This document shows positions 1-10,500 of a stretch of DNA of 64,000 nucleotides, one piece after another (the stretch's first letter is position 1; every line of letters begins with the position of its first letter). A program made the translations under genes and the position numbers. The DNA comes from a virus (taxonomy: Duplodnaviria; Caudoviricetes), in IMG/VR virus record IMGVR_UViG_2596583697_000001, positions 1 to 64,000 of that record; one strand, given 5' to 3'. The notes under the pieces are model-generated. The model was not told the DNA's origin. It was given only the letters and a program-made list of their open reading frames with translations, and ran no database searches.

Positions 1-633
1 TTAGATACCGTCAGCTAATATCAATGCTTTTTCTAATATTTCATCTTTGTCTAATTCTACCTTATCTATAGCATTATCTAAAGTTTTCTGTGTAACATTT
101 TTAAAATCTTTATCCGTTAATAATTTTCCAGTGTTAGGGCTAATCCATGCAGAATAATAGCTCGAAACTCTTCCACCAAAACTATTAGTTGCGGAATATT
201 TAACAACAGCCTGTCTTAGTTCTTGGCTACCATTAAAATAGATTGTTTGGCAATAAACTTTAGAAACTTTTAGTGAATCAGGATCTTTTAAAATCCTTAT
301 TAAACTTGTCATGGTTCTTGTTGCTAGCACTTTATCCTCATCCAAGTTTTTGTATTCTGAAATATCTTGTTCATTACCCTGAATCCATGCTCCATCTGCT
401 CCGACCTTATAGCCATCTGGCGTAGTAGTATCGTGAAGCATATAGCCAATTGCATCAAAATAATATTGCTTTCCATCAATTTCTTTCCATGAGGAAGACG
501 GATAGGTTAAATCGTCATTCTGATACCACCAGCCCGCACCATCTTGCTTCCATTCACCGGCAAATGAAACCATTGAAGTAGTAGCTAATATTATCATGGT
601 TGTTAATGTAACCGTGATAAAATTCTTTTTCAT
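1..633 (-). CDS. Secreted cell-wall-binding repeat protein (moron-like)
   Basis: Signal peptide followed by AGEWKQDGAGWWYQNDD...YYFDAIGYML...TPDGYKVGADGAW repeats typical of Lachnospiraceae; separated from tail genes by a terminator. Confidence 0.8.
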   Translation of the reverse strand: MKKNFITVTLTTMIILATTSMVSFAGEWKQDGAGWWYQNDDLTYPSSSWKEIDGKQYYFDAIGYMLHDTTTPDGYKVGADGAWIQGNEQDISEYKNLDEDKVLATRTMTSLIRILKDPDSLKVSKVYCQTIYFNGSQELRQAVVKYSATNSFGGRVSSYYSAWISPNTGKLLTDKDFKNVTQKTLDNAIDKVELDKDEILEKALILADGI

Positions 634-730
634 AAACAGCCCTCCATATATTTTATTTTCAGCAATTATATCATCTTTTAAATCTTTAATCTACATCTAT
701 CTTTGACAAATTAATATTAATAAAAATAGT

Positions 731-782
731 AAAAAATAGGGAATAGAAGAGTATTAAACTCAACTATTCCCTATTTTTTATT
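731..782. terminator. Bidirectional intrinsic terminator
   Basis: AAAAAATAGGGAATAG...CTATTCCCTATTTTTT inverted repeat at the end of the late operon. Confidence 0.8.
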
Positions 783-790
783 TATGTATA

Positions 791-931
791 TTATGCTCTC
801 TCATATTCTTTTCCAGTGATATCCATGTATTCTTCTTCGGTGATCCAGCGGCTTACAGCATTCCATACCATTCCAATTGACCATAGACTTGCTTCATAAA
901 ATCCTTTGACCTTATCAAAATTCTTACTCAT
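791..931 (-). CDS. XkdX-family small phage protein (not in ORF track)
   Basis: MSKNFDKVKGFYEASLWSIGMVWNAVSRWITEEEYMDITGKEYERA; ITxEEYxxITG motif; follows fibre genes. Confidence 0.85.
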   Translation of the reverse strand: MSKNFDKVKGFYEASLWSIGMVWNAVSRWITEEEYMDITGKEYERA

Positions 932-935
932 GCTT

Positions 936-1226
936 TTATACCTCCTCTACATCAAAACCGGACATCATTGACAAATATGCTATTTGAGCACTCAGTTTAT
1001 CGTTAGATTCTTTTAACTCCGCAAGCTCTTTTTCCAGAGCGCTTTCCTTCGGTAGTGTAAATAACAACTTGTGATTCTCAGGATCTGAGACATCTACCCC
1101 GTCTATCAAGGCACCATCTGGCACCTCCTGATATAATCCTAGTAGCTCGTTTGGGATATGTTGGTTATCTCCATACCTTACGGCATAAATACTGCCTGTT
1201 TCATCGTATATTGCATATACATTCAT
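936..1226 (-). CDS. Tail fibre-associated/chaperone protein (XkdW-like position)
   Basis: 96 aa with C-terminal coiled coil, between fibre and XkdX genes. Confidence 0.6.
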   Translation of the reverse strand: MNVYAIYDETGSIYAVRYGDNQHIPNELLGLYQEVPDGALIDGVDVSDPENHKLLFTLPKESALEKELAELKESNDKLSAQIAYLSMMSGFDVEEV

Positions 1227-1243
1227 GATAAAATCCTCCTGTT

Positions 1244-1705
1244 TTATGTTGTTAAAAATTCTATTTTTTTTATAGTGAGAGATCCACCCGTAGGATGAGT
1301 ATTATAATAATCATAATCTATGGTAATGAATGCCTGTTCATTGATATCGCTAACATCAATAGTACTAGCGCTGTTTTCCAACCAGCCGGCCCATAAAGAT
1401 CCAACAGCAGTTGTTTTGAGTAGCGTCTTTCTGTCAGTTTTGTAAATCCTCACCCTCCCGGTAGCACTCAGTCCGTTAGACCCTTTGTACAATTCTGATC
1501 TGGCAGTAATGATTAAGCGCTTAAATGGAGTTAGATTAATTGACGTTTTGTTTGCTATGAGCGTAAAGTCGCTATACCACATTTCTTCACTATCCCAATC
1601 ACCTTTTAGTAGAATGCCGTTTGAATCTACTGTGAAACCATAATCGTTTATGCTATTCCATGCCTTGACTCCCCCAGTTAGCACGCCTGAGAAAGTCCCG
1701 TTTAA
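1244..1705 (-). CDS. Tail fibre C-terminal (receptor-binding) domain, probably reached by -1 frameshift from the upstream ORF
   Basis: No convincing own start; the plausible frame LNGTFSGVL... begins at TCT TTT TAA of the upstream ORF. Confidence 0.6.
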   Translation of the reverse strand, partial: LNGTFSGVLTGGVKAWNSINDYGFTVDSNGILLKGDWDSEEMWYSDFTLIANKTSINLTPFKRLIITARSELYKGSNGLSATGRVRIYKTDRKTLLKTTAVGSLWAGWLENSASTIDVSDINEQAFITIDYDYYNTHPTGGSLTIKKIEFLTT

Positions 1706-2289
1706 AAAGACGTTTGACCCACTGCTAAATATGAGTAATCTACAAGTGTGCCAGCTACGCCACATGTGGTAACACCACTTCTTAGATTGGTAGCAGTTAA
1801 TCCAATTGTACTGGCGACTTGTGCATAAGTCATATATTCATAACCACCACCTGCCCAGTATTCTCCATGATATCCTGCCGCAACTGCTACTTCAAATCTA
1901 CTGTTATTAAGTCTGACATTGTTTATTTGCGTTGGGGTTGTACTATAATCTGGCATTACCCCCGTGATTTTGCTTCCATTCACCCAGGCCGTTTGTCCGC
2001 TTAAGATCTTTCCCGCCGTAGCTGTTGCACTGGTTTGACTTGCTAAACTATTTGCTGCCACTATAAAATTCTGCTCATGATATCCTTTTTTTACAATAAA
2101 AGAACCACTAGCATTCAAATTCTGATTGCTAGTGGTTTTATTATCAACCATTGTACCGGCACCTATTTCATCGTTAGTATCGGCACCAACATATGTCTTT
2201 CCGTTTAATACATATTCTTTTGTAACAGAGAGTTCATCTGATCCAATTCCTCCGCCACCACTTATATTTGTAATGCCGCATTTAGCCAT
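1702..2289 (-). CDS. Tail fibre protein, N-terminal part
   Basis: GGGG linker, VLNGKTY, ATATAGKILSGQTAWVNGSKITG and GYH repeats typical of clostridial phage fibres. Confidence 0.8.
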   Translation of the reverse strand: MAKCGITNISGGGGIGSDELSVTKEYVLNGKTYVGADTNDEIGAGTMVDNKTTSNQNLNASGSFIVKKGYHEQNFIVAANSLASQTSATATAGKILSGQTAWVNGSKITGVMPDYSTTPTQINNVRLNNSRFEVAVAAGYHGEYWAGGGYEYMTYAQVASTIGLTATNLRSGVTTCGVAGTLVDYSYLAVGQTSF

Positions 2290-2908
2290 TTCTTCTCATC
2301 ACCTCCACAGTTTCGATTACTAATGCAACACTAGGTTTTTTGTTTGCCTTCAGTACAAAGTTACCGTCACCTGTGTTACTCTTTACATAAATAAAGGCCT
2401 TTGAAGCAGTCAATTTACTTGCATCAGCAAAGTAAATATTGACCCTATCGTCGGCCAAAATTGAGCCAGAAGTATATTTATACTCTAAGTTAGAATCCCA
2501 ATCAGCTATATTAATAGTGATATTACTTACGATGGTCACGCCAGTCAAATTATCAATCTTCTCCGCAGAGTATGTATTTGTTTTCTTTTCAGCGCCAGTA
2601 GCGTTATCTTTTATACCAATCGTGTTCTGTACTACAGTGTCAATCATTGTAGCTACCTTTTCTAAAAAGAACTTCTCCAATGATTTTATATGATCAAGTA
2701 AAACATTAAACTTTTTAGCATTAAATAATGACTTGTCTAAATTTGGATACTGTAAGGTTAATTGTGCCATTTTATCAGTATCGTTGTTTATCCATGCATT
2801 ATCGTATTGTTCAACAATCGGTCTGAGAGTGGGAGATACATCTTGCATATTTGGGAAGTCACATATTTCTTCTGGAAAGTTACTATTCGGATATTCTGGA
2901 TAACTCAT
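2282..2908 (-). CDS. Tail/baseplate structural protein
   Basis: Position between DUF5048-like gene and fibre; TYSAEKID motif. Confidence 0.6.
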   Translation of the reverse strand: MSYPEYPNSNFPEEICDFPNMQDVSPTLRPIVEQYDNAWINNDTDKMAQLTLQYPNLDKSLFNAKKFNVLLDHIKSLEKFFLEKVATMIDTVVQNTIGIKDNATGAEKKTNTYSAEKIDNLTGVTIVSNITINIADWDSNLEYKYTSGSILADDRVNIYFADASKLTASKAFIYVKSNTGDGNFVLKANKKPSVALVIETVEVMRRNG

Positions 2909-2925
2909 TCAATCAACTCCCTTCT

Positions 2926-4425
2926 TTACTTATTTTTATTCTTACGGTCATATACAAAAGAAAAACTCTCTAGAAATTTATAGAGAGTAACGTTCATAGT
3001 TCCTTCGCCTGTAGACCAATTCAAATTTTTAATTATATATTGATTTTTTATATTATTGGTATTATTGTATCTTGGCGTATATTCTATTTTTGTGTTGACC
3101 TCTAACCAAGGCACAACCAACATAATTAGACTGATCGTATCCATCATAGCCGTTGATTTATAAGTTAAATATTCCGCCTGATTATAACAGGCTGCATCGT
3201 CTGATAGATTATCATAATCAAGCGAATTAACTATCTCATAACCGAGATTTGGCACCGAGAATGGACAATCCAGCGATTCTTCAACATACCTTCCATAGCA
3301 CTGGAATTGCCCCAATAAAAAAAGAGCGTTCTGCTCTGGGGTTAGTCTTCTGTATCTGAACACATAAATATTATTTGCCTTTAATACTCCTTCCGACAAA
3401 GGATTTCCGTCACCATCATAAATTGGAATGGGAGATAAGTTGTTAATGGAGAAACTAGGTGCTTTCAAATTATCGGTTAAAACTTTAAAAGATATCTGAG
3501 TAAGGTTATCTACGTCTTGCCAAGAAGATAATAAATCAAGATTGATTTTATATACATTATTGGAGTATGTAGAAGTATCTGCATACCTATCTGATTTATC
3601 TAATTCCAATACTTTTCCCCAAACTTCTGTGACATTGTAAATGCCGCTAAACTTCGTGTCTGCGTTTTCATCTTTTACAAGGCCTTGCATGATTACATCA
3701 TCTAGCACAACCGATTCGCTTAAACCGGTAGGAGATTGCCTCCATATAAAAGTACCGTCAACGTCAAAATAAAATTCCCATGAATCATACAGATCCCTAA
3801 TTTTTGTCCATACATCAGCATAAGTGGAACCTGTCGCGAAGGTTAAATCATAAGGGATAGGCTTACCAATGTCCTCTACAATGTATTTGGTAATACCGGC
3901 CTCTTTTAGTGTAGCAATAATTGATAAACGAATATCTTCACCAGCTGGGATAAGAAGATTTTTGACTGCGTAATCTGGAGCGTTAGGAGATGATCCCTTA
4001 CCATGTAATTGCCCGTTGAGTGTTCCGTCGTACAAGGCCATTAAGTCTCCACAGGTTAATGAGAGAGTTTTATCTGTACCTGGACTACTGTATTTCATAC
4101 TTATATAGCAGAATATTCCTAGTTGATACCATATAATGCGATTTTCTCTTATTGATTCTATGCCATAAAAAACACGAAGTCTTTTATCTAGCCATATTTT
4201 TTTATCTTTTCCAATAACAAATGAAGAGTTTAGTACTTTTAAGTCACAGCTAAAGCTTCGTCTCTGTATTGATTCAGAATCTTGCGAAAAGTTGTCATTT
4301 ACGATATTTCCCTCTAACGAATCTAAAACCTTAAAATTACTGCTGAGTAATTCAACCTTTAAACGTTTTTTTTGTTCTCCTTGGCGCAAAATACTTAAGT
4401 CTGTTTGTGTTACTTCACGTCCCAT
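2926..4425 (-). CDS. Baseplate hub/Tal-like protein (DUF5048/YomG-like)
   Basis: RRSFSCDL, YQLGIF, EFYFDVDGTF and VPWLEVNTKI motifs; tail module position. Confidence 0.75.
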   Translation of the reverse strand: MGREVTQTDLSILRQGEQKKRLKVELLSSNFKVLDSLEGNIVNDNFSQDSESIQRRSFSCDLKVLNSSFVIGKDKKIWLDKRLRVFYGIESIRENRIIWYQLGIFCYISMKYSSPGTDKTLSLTCGDLMALYDGTLNGQLHGKGSSPNAPDYAVKNLLIPAGEDIRLSIIATLKEAGITKYIVEDIGKPIPYDLTFATGSTYADVWTKIRDLYDSWEFYFDVDGTFIWRQSPTGLSESVVLDDVIMQGLVKDENADTKFSGIYNVTEVWGKVLELDKSDRYADTSTYSNNVYKINLDLLSSWQDVDNLTQISFKVLTDNLKAPSFSINNLSPIPIYDGDGNPLSEGVLKANNIYVFRYRRLTPEQNALFLLGQFQCYGRYVEESLDCPFSVPNLGYEIVNSLDYDNLSDDAACYNQAEYLTYKSTAMMDTISLIMLVVPWLEVNTKIEYTPRYNNTNNIKNQYIIKNLNWSTGEGTMNVTLYKFLESFSFVYDRKNKNK

Positions 4426-4432
4426 ATTTTAC

Positions 4433-5323
4433 CTACCTATCAATATCCGTATCTATAAATCCGTTATCATATAAATCGCCCATAGACGAAGTTTCTCCAC
4501 ACTCGGTAACTGAGAATTTACTTTTCACATGCTGGTAATGGTCTGAGTCCTCAGATATTCCACTTGTAACGGCAATCATCCATGTGTTACCCTCGAAGTC
4601 TTTTAAAATCTTTGGTCTACCGTTGGTTAAAAATTGATATATCTGATTACGATATTCCCAAGAAGAGTCTATCAGCCAATTGCAGTCTTGGTTTTCTATA
4701 AATGTGCATTCTATATCCCCTGAAATATAGTTTGTAATACCTCCCTTGATTACAACCGGTTTTAAACGGTTAGGCAGTTCCACTACACCTACAAGATGAT
4801 TTAATTGCTTTGAAAATTTCGTATCTAAAACCATCGGATAAGAGACATCTTTTTCGCAAATAAAATAAGAGTCAAACTTCGACTCTACTCTACTTACAAT
4901 ATAATCACCCTCACCACCAGAAATGATAGGCACATAAGCATATTCTATATTGCCTACTGGTTCCATATAATCCAACAGGTTAATTTTGAAATCATCATTT
5001 ACGACTATTGGTTTCTCATAGATAGTTTTGAATATAAGTTCACCTTTAACTCTACGCTTTATCCTAATTGATTCAACAATGTCTGTAGAGAAATTTACAT
5101 TTCCACCGTTTAAATTATTTTTGAAAAGTGCATGTAGCCTAGTGTTAAAATCCCAATCTTGAGGTACAGAACCATTGAAGTCGGCCATGGTCATTAAATC
5201 GTTACTTGCATATACCTCTCCGAAGATTGCAAATCTTACAGTTAAAAACTCAATATTCTTTGCTTCAACAGGAGATGAAACTAGTGTTTTATCTGATGAA
5301 GCGAAGCTATTTCCTAAAAACAT
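4433..5323 (-). CDS. Distal tail/baseplate protein
   Basis: FLTNGRPKILKDFEG and GDLYDNGFID motifs of SPbeta-like tail genes. Confidence 0.65.
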   Translation of the reverse strand: MFLGNSFASSDKTLVSSPVEAKNIEFLTVRFAIFGEVYASNDLMTMADFNGSVPQDWDFNTRLHALFKNNLNGGNVNFSTDIVESIRIKRRVKGELIFKTIYEKPIVVNDDFKINLLDYMEPVGNIEYAYVPIISGGEGDYIVSRVESKFDSYFICEKDVSYPMVLDTKFSKQLNHLVGVVELPNRLKPVVIKGGITNYISGDIECTFIENQDCNWLIDSSWEYRNQIYQFLTNGRPKILKDFEGNTWMIAVTSGISEDSDHYQHVKSKFSVTECGETSSMGDLYDNGFIDTDIDR

Positions 5324-5340
5324 TTATTTATCTCCTTTCT

Positions 5341-7029
5341 TTATAGTGGCTTCCATACATAGTTACTTGGATCAACAACCCAATCTGAGGGGGCTGGTGT
5401 CCATGGTGTTGCAACTGGGCCACTTTCAAACTTTAAGTCCCATATAATAACTGATTCTCCTACTTTGATAGTGGATGCTTCTTCAAATCCTGGAGTAAAT
5501 CCAGCCCATGCATTTGAATAATCATTGGTGTTTGAAATAATATATTGGATAGACTCACCAGTAGTATTTCCTGGTAAGTTTTTATAAGATGCTACATCAT
5601 TAACACCCATTCTATAGCCAAACCTCGAGCCGATAGCAGATGTTTGGTATTTAAAAGACATAACAAACGGACCTATCATTGAACTTAAATCTTGAAATGC
5701 AGGAATTGGGCGGTAATATGGATCATTACTTGCATTAGTCGTCACCTTAAGTTTATATTCATCTACCCAAGAAGTATCCACTCTGGATGTTACACCACTT
5801 GTTCCTGTACGGTTTTTTATAATCGGGAGTTTATTGTATTGGTTAGTGTACAGAATAAGGTTCTCATGCTCAAGTATTTCTGCTGGCATGTAACCCATAC
5901 CTATATACTTACTGTTCGCCTGTTTTGTTTCAGTCATATTGGAACCATCTGCACTAGCAGAGTATCTGACAACCGTACTTATGACTACAACCTTTAGATC
6001 ATAATAGCTACCCTGTCTGTTGACAAGTAAAGCAAACTGCTGATAATTAGAATTTGGAATGTCTACATAGTTGCTATTCATAACATAATTAATTCCACAA
6101 GAGTTGGCGTCCAACTCAAAATAAGCCTTTTCACCGTTTGAGTCTGAGTACTTGCCTTTACGATAATAAACATCTACCTTTAGCCTATCACCATCTCCAA
6201 ATGAAATAATGGATTTATTTCTTTCAGGTTCGTAAAATACGAATATCTTTGTGAAATCTCCTCTAACCTCGAAACCCTCATCAAATGTTACTGAGTTATC
6301 ACGCAGGTCAGCATATTCGTCGCCAATATAAATTACATCTTTTTCTGACAAACCGATGGCAGACACAATATTACTCTTTATCTCTATAGCACCAGATTCT
6401 GCTTTGTTATTCAATTCAAGTGTATTAAAGACTTGCGCGATAGTATATGAAACAGTGATAAGAATAAAACCAGTATCAAGTGTTATTCCATGCAAAGTTT
6501 TACCGGTAGCTCTTAGGTAATATTGTTTTGCGTTTTCCAGTCCTGAAATAACATATGACATATCTGATGTATTATAAATATCACCAGAAGAGGAGATTAC
6601 TGTTTTTTGATATGTATATAGTGTAAAAGAGTAGGAATTTAGTGATTCACCTTGCGACTGTGAGTAGTTAAGTCCAACCTTATATGCTGATGTCTTAATA
6701 ATTTCGCCATCAGAAACGGATAAGTTAAATATGGGTTTTGAAAAACAATAAAATGGAGTGCCAATATCCTGAAGATCAGATTCATTGTTATTTACATCTA
6801 AAACCGTTATATATACAACATAATACACACCGTTAACTAAGCCTGAGTTTGTTGGTATGGTATAAGATTGTTTCATGGTACTTTCTGTGTTGTCATATAC
6901 AGTTACACCAGTTTCATTATTCTTGACAATACATCGGACTTTATATATCTGATTACCACGCCAGGTAAACTTTATTTCTGTTCCTATAGTAGCGTCAAAC
7001 GGCTCTAAGGGATGTATTATTGAATACAT
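5341..7029 (-). CDS. Tail protein with Fn3-like domains and a C-terminal carbohydrate-binding-like module
   Basis: ISGLENAKQYYLRATG Fn3 pattern; C-terminal KFESGPVATPWTPAPSD. Confidence 0.65.
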   Translation of the reverse strand: MYSIIHPLEPFDATIGTEIKFTWRGNQIYKVRCIVKNNETGVTVYDNTESTMKQSYTIPTNSGLVNGVYYVVYITVLDVNNNESDLQDIGTPFYCFSKPIFNLSVSDGEIIKTSAYKVGLNYSQSQGESLNSYSFTLYTYQKTVISSSGDIYNTSDMSYVISGLENAKQYYLRATGKTLHGITLDTGFILITVSYTIAQVFNTLELNNKAESGAIEIKSNIVSAIGLSEKDVIYIGDEYADLRDNSVTFDEGFEVRGDFTKIFVFYEPERNKSIISFGDGDRLKVDVYYRKGKYSDSNGEKAYFELDANSCGINYVMNSNYVDIPNSNYQQFALLVNRQGSYYDLKVVVISTVVRYSASADGSNMTETKQANSKYIGMGYMPAEILEHENLILYTNQYNKLPIIKNRTGTSGVTSRVDTSWVDEYKLKVTTNASNDPYYRPIPAFQDLSSMIGPFVMSFKYQTSAIGSRFGYRMGVNDVASYKNLPGNTTGESIQYIISNTNDYSNAWAGFTPGFEEASTIKVGESVIIWDLKFESGPVATPWTPAPSDWVVDPSNYVWKPL

Positions 7030-7050
7030 ATTTCACCTCCTTATTGGTTA

Positions 7051-7311
7051 TTAATGATTTACATTTACTACAAATAAATTAACCATATTGTTCTCAGGGG
7101 CGCAAACCCACACCATTTCATTAACTTGTAAAGTTCCATTATATTTAACTGGATACTCCGCATTTTTATAATTGATAATATATCGTCCATCAGGATTTTG
7201 TCTTACCACTCTGACGCGGAAAGTTCTATCAAAAGATTGATGATTTATTAAATCCTTAACTGCCATTAGCATGGATTCAACATATTCTTTAGATGATTCA
7301 ATATAATTCAT
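7051..7311 (-). CDS. Small tail protein (OB-fold-like)
   Basis: FDRT...VWVCAPENN motif after tape measure. Confidence 0.55.
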   Translation of the reverse strand: MNYIESSKEYVESMLMAVKDLINHQSFDRTFRVRVVRQNPDGRYIINYKNAEYPVKYNGTLQVNEMVWVCAPENNMVNLFVVNVNH

Positions 7312-7548
7312 TTAATCACCTTCAGATTCGTTTAATACTTTATATAGAGTTTCTACAACAATTTTTATTGTATTTTTTAAATTTTCAGAATGAAAAAATG
7401 ATATCGCTTTTATAAGTGCATCATCATAATCATCACATTTGCTTGTTGCTTCAGCTAGCCTTAGTTCAACATTCCCCCAATTTTTAACAATTTCATCATC
7501 TACTATTTTTACAACAATATTATTTATTTTTTCTTTATCATATTTCAT
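7312..7548 (-). CDS. Hypothetical protein
   Basis: 78 aa ORF with AAGGAG RBS. Confidence 0.6.
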   Translation of the reverse strand: MKYDKEKINNIVVKIVDDEIVKNWGNVELRLAEATSKCDDYDDALIKAISFFHSENLKNTIKIVVETLYKVLNESEGD

Positions 7549-7596
7549 AAATTATTCTCCTTTTATCTTAGAAAAAGAGAGATATTTTCTATCTCT

Positions 7597-10500
7597 CTAT
7601 TTTATAAATTTAGATTTTGATTGTCTAATTGCAGTTGCAACTGAATCGAACATTTCTTTCATAGCATCATCGGTATCTCTCACATTCGGGAACGATAAAT
7701 CTCCATATTGAAGATTCACAACAAAAGGTTCTGACCGAGTAGATGTATTCATATTAGCTAATGTCTTGCTGTAATCTGGAATATTTGGTTTAAAACTATA
7801 AGCAGACGCTAAGTTTTTAAGTAGATTATTTTGCTGTTCCTCATTGAATACGGCTTCACCCATATGTAATACAGCTGGAAGTTCGTCTGGATCAAGTTTC
7901 TTAAGCCCAAGAAGCTTCATAGATGCTTCTCTATCAGAATCAGAAGATGAGCCTACTAATCCTCTTGTAATACCGTCTTTACGACTTGTTGCTAATTTAA
8001 CTCCTGGGCCACTATTTACGTAGTCGCCCTTTCCGGGAGTTCCGGGGCTTCCGTCTTTACCTCCTCCATATCTGGTGTTATCATTATCACGATCTCGCTC
8101 ATAATCATAACTGTCTTCTAAATTATCCCTGACTTCTTTTAGCACATCAAGCATTGAAGACACATTGTCGGTAAGTTGCTGCCAACTAGAAGTATATTCA
8201 GATATCATTCCTGAGTTCTTATTATACTGTTCTAGAGACTTTAACAGTTCAGTGGCAGTATCTTTCAACCCACTCTGAATACCCGTCAGAATCGCATCTG
8301 CGTTAGCTGTGGTGTTGTTTGTTGTGCCTAAGTGATCAAAAATGTTCTGTAAATTATCAGTAGCAGACATTTTCTGATTAAGCTGAGAGAGAAGACCATT
8401 GATACCTTTTACGGCTTCAGCATAGGTTATTTCACCTGCCTTATAGGAAGCTATATAATCCTCTAATAAGGACTGAATGTTATTTGTTGAGTCTATCTGA
8501 TCCTGATACTTTTTGAGCTGTTCAGCAGTATTAACGTACATTCCTGAGAACGTATTAAATAGGGCAGTATCGTTACCTGAGAGGACTTTATCTTTCCAGC
8601 CGGCACCGAGAATTTCGTCAGCCTTTGCTTCATTTTGTCCTTGTACAATCTTTTCATTAATTTCAGACCACTTGTCACTGATTTTCTGTAACGCATCGAT
8701 CTGATCTTGGAGGCCATCGTTATATAAATCTAAGGATTCCTGCGCTTTATCTATCTGTTCCTGAAGATTGTACTTTTCTAAATTGTACTGTGAATCGAGA
8801 AGAGCTTGTTGCGCATCTCTTTCAGCCTGTGCGTCTTTTTCGTAATCGACGATTCCATCACGGACAACTTTGTTTGTCTTCTGATTTCTGGCACGCTCAA
8901 GATCATACTGTTTTTGCTCTAAGTCAAATAGAAGCTTACGCTCCTCATTGCTTTTTTCCAGAAGTTTTAACTTTTCCTTTAGAGCATCTATTTCAGCCGT
9001 CTTTTGCTCGTTAACAGCATCCTTCTGTTCATTGAGTAAGTCAATTTGATCCTTAATAGCTCCCGTTACAGCAGATATAACCTGATCCTGTTCACTCTGT
9101 ACTTTACTTAGTCCTTCAGCAACCTTTTGTAATTCAGAAGAGAAGTTGCCCATATTTTCAAGAGGCATTTTCAGCAATTCTTCATTGAATTTTCTGATGT
9201 TCTGAATTGCACTTGACATTTCGGAGTTTACCGATTGCAACTGTTTGTATAAATCATTCCAGTTATCGGAGCCAACCGTGTAATTATCCATAACGTCTTT
9301 TATCAGAGAACTTTGTTTCTGAAGCTGTCCAACTACGGTTGCCCCATTTGAAATTAAACTCTGATAATAATTAGCGTCTAATTTCCCTCCAGAAGCTACA
9401 ACATCATCGCCCCAGCCCCGAATAGCTGCCCCAATATCCTGATACATCGAAACAAGAATAGAAGCATTTTCAATTGGCATTTGGAGTAATTTGTTGTTAA
9501 ATTCTTCCTGTTCAAGCTTCAGCCCTTGTATTTCATTCTTTGCAGCCCTTACTTTTGCCTTTAATTCTTTATAATATTTTGAATTTGTATCAAAATTTAC
9601 GGCACGAAGGTCGGCCATTTCAGATTCCCATTCAGCAATATTTTGTTGGTTGCCAGAAATCAAACCCCTATTATTATTTATCTGCCGTTTGTAGAAATCT
9701 GCATCAACAATCTTTCCACGCGCTTCCATCAATTCCATTTGAGATTTGATTATTTTATTGGACTGTTGAAGTTTTTCGTTCTCAATATCGATTGAGGCAA
9801 CTCTATTTTCATGTAAATCTCGAATAGTTTGAATCTGTTTTTCTCTTCCATCTTCTAGCTGTTCTTCAGATTTTTTCAGTCTATCATTAGCATCTATTGC
9901 TGCTTGAACTTTTTCGGCCAAATCACTAGGTAAAGATTCAATATCTACTCCACCATTCTCAATTTTGTCCTTATATCCAGATGGAATAGCCTTTAAAGCG
10001 TCTTCATATGCCTTTGAATATGCTTCGACTTCTCGTTGATATTGCGGAAGCAATGTTTCAGTTTGCATTTTTAGCATACTTTGCAACGCATTTTCTTTTG
10101 ATGCACTAGGCGCACCAGATTGAATCATTGTGTATAATTCGCCCAAACTTAATCCCGCTTTATCAGCATAACTTTGTAACTGAGATAGGCCATCTATTGT
10201 GTTGCCAAGGCCATTATCGAAAATTGATTTTGCTTTATCAAATTCTTCTTGTGTCAATCCAAGGTATGCAATTGTATCTTTATTGGCTAATTCTTCTAAT
10301 TTTGCATACTCATCTTGCAGTACTTTAGTTCCACGAGCGATCCAATCAATAGGCTTTTCGGTGTCTTTTTTATCTTTTTTAGAGCCAGATTTTGACCCAA
10401 CAGAGCCTATTCCGCCAAAGTCAGGAGTTTCAACCTGTATACTAGCAGCTTCGTTCAATTTATTAATAATCTGGTTATACTTGTTGGCTTGCTTAGTAGC

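Noticed and set aside
1244-1765. DGR variable region or shufflon at the fibre tip
   Set aside because: No reverse transcriptase, template repeat, invertase or duplicate tip cassettes in this window
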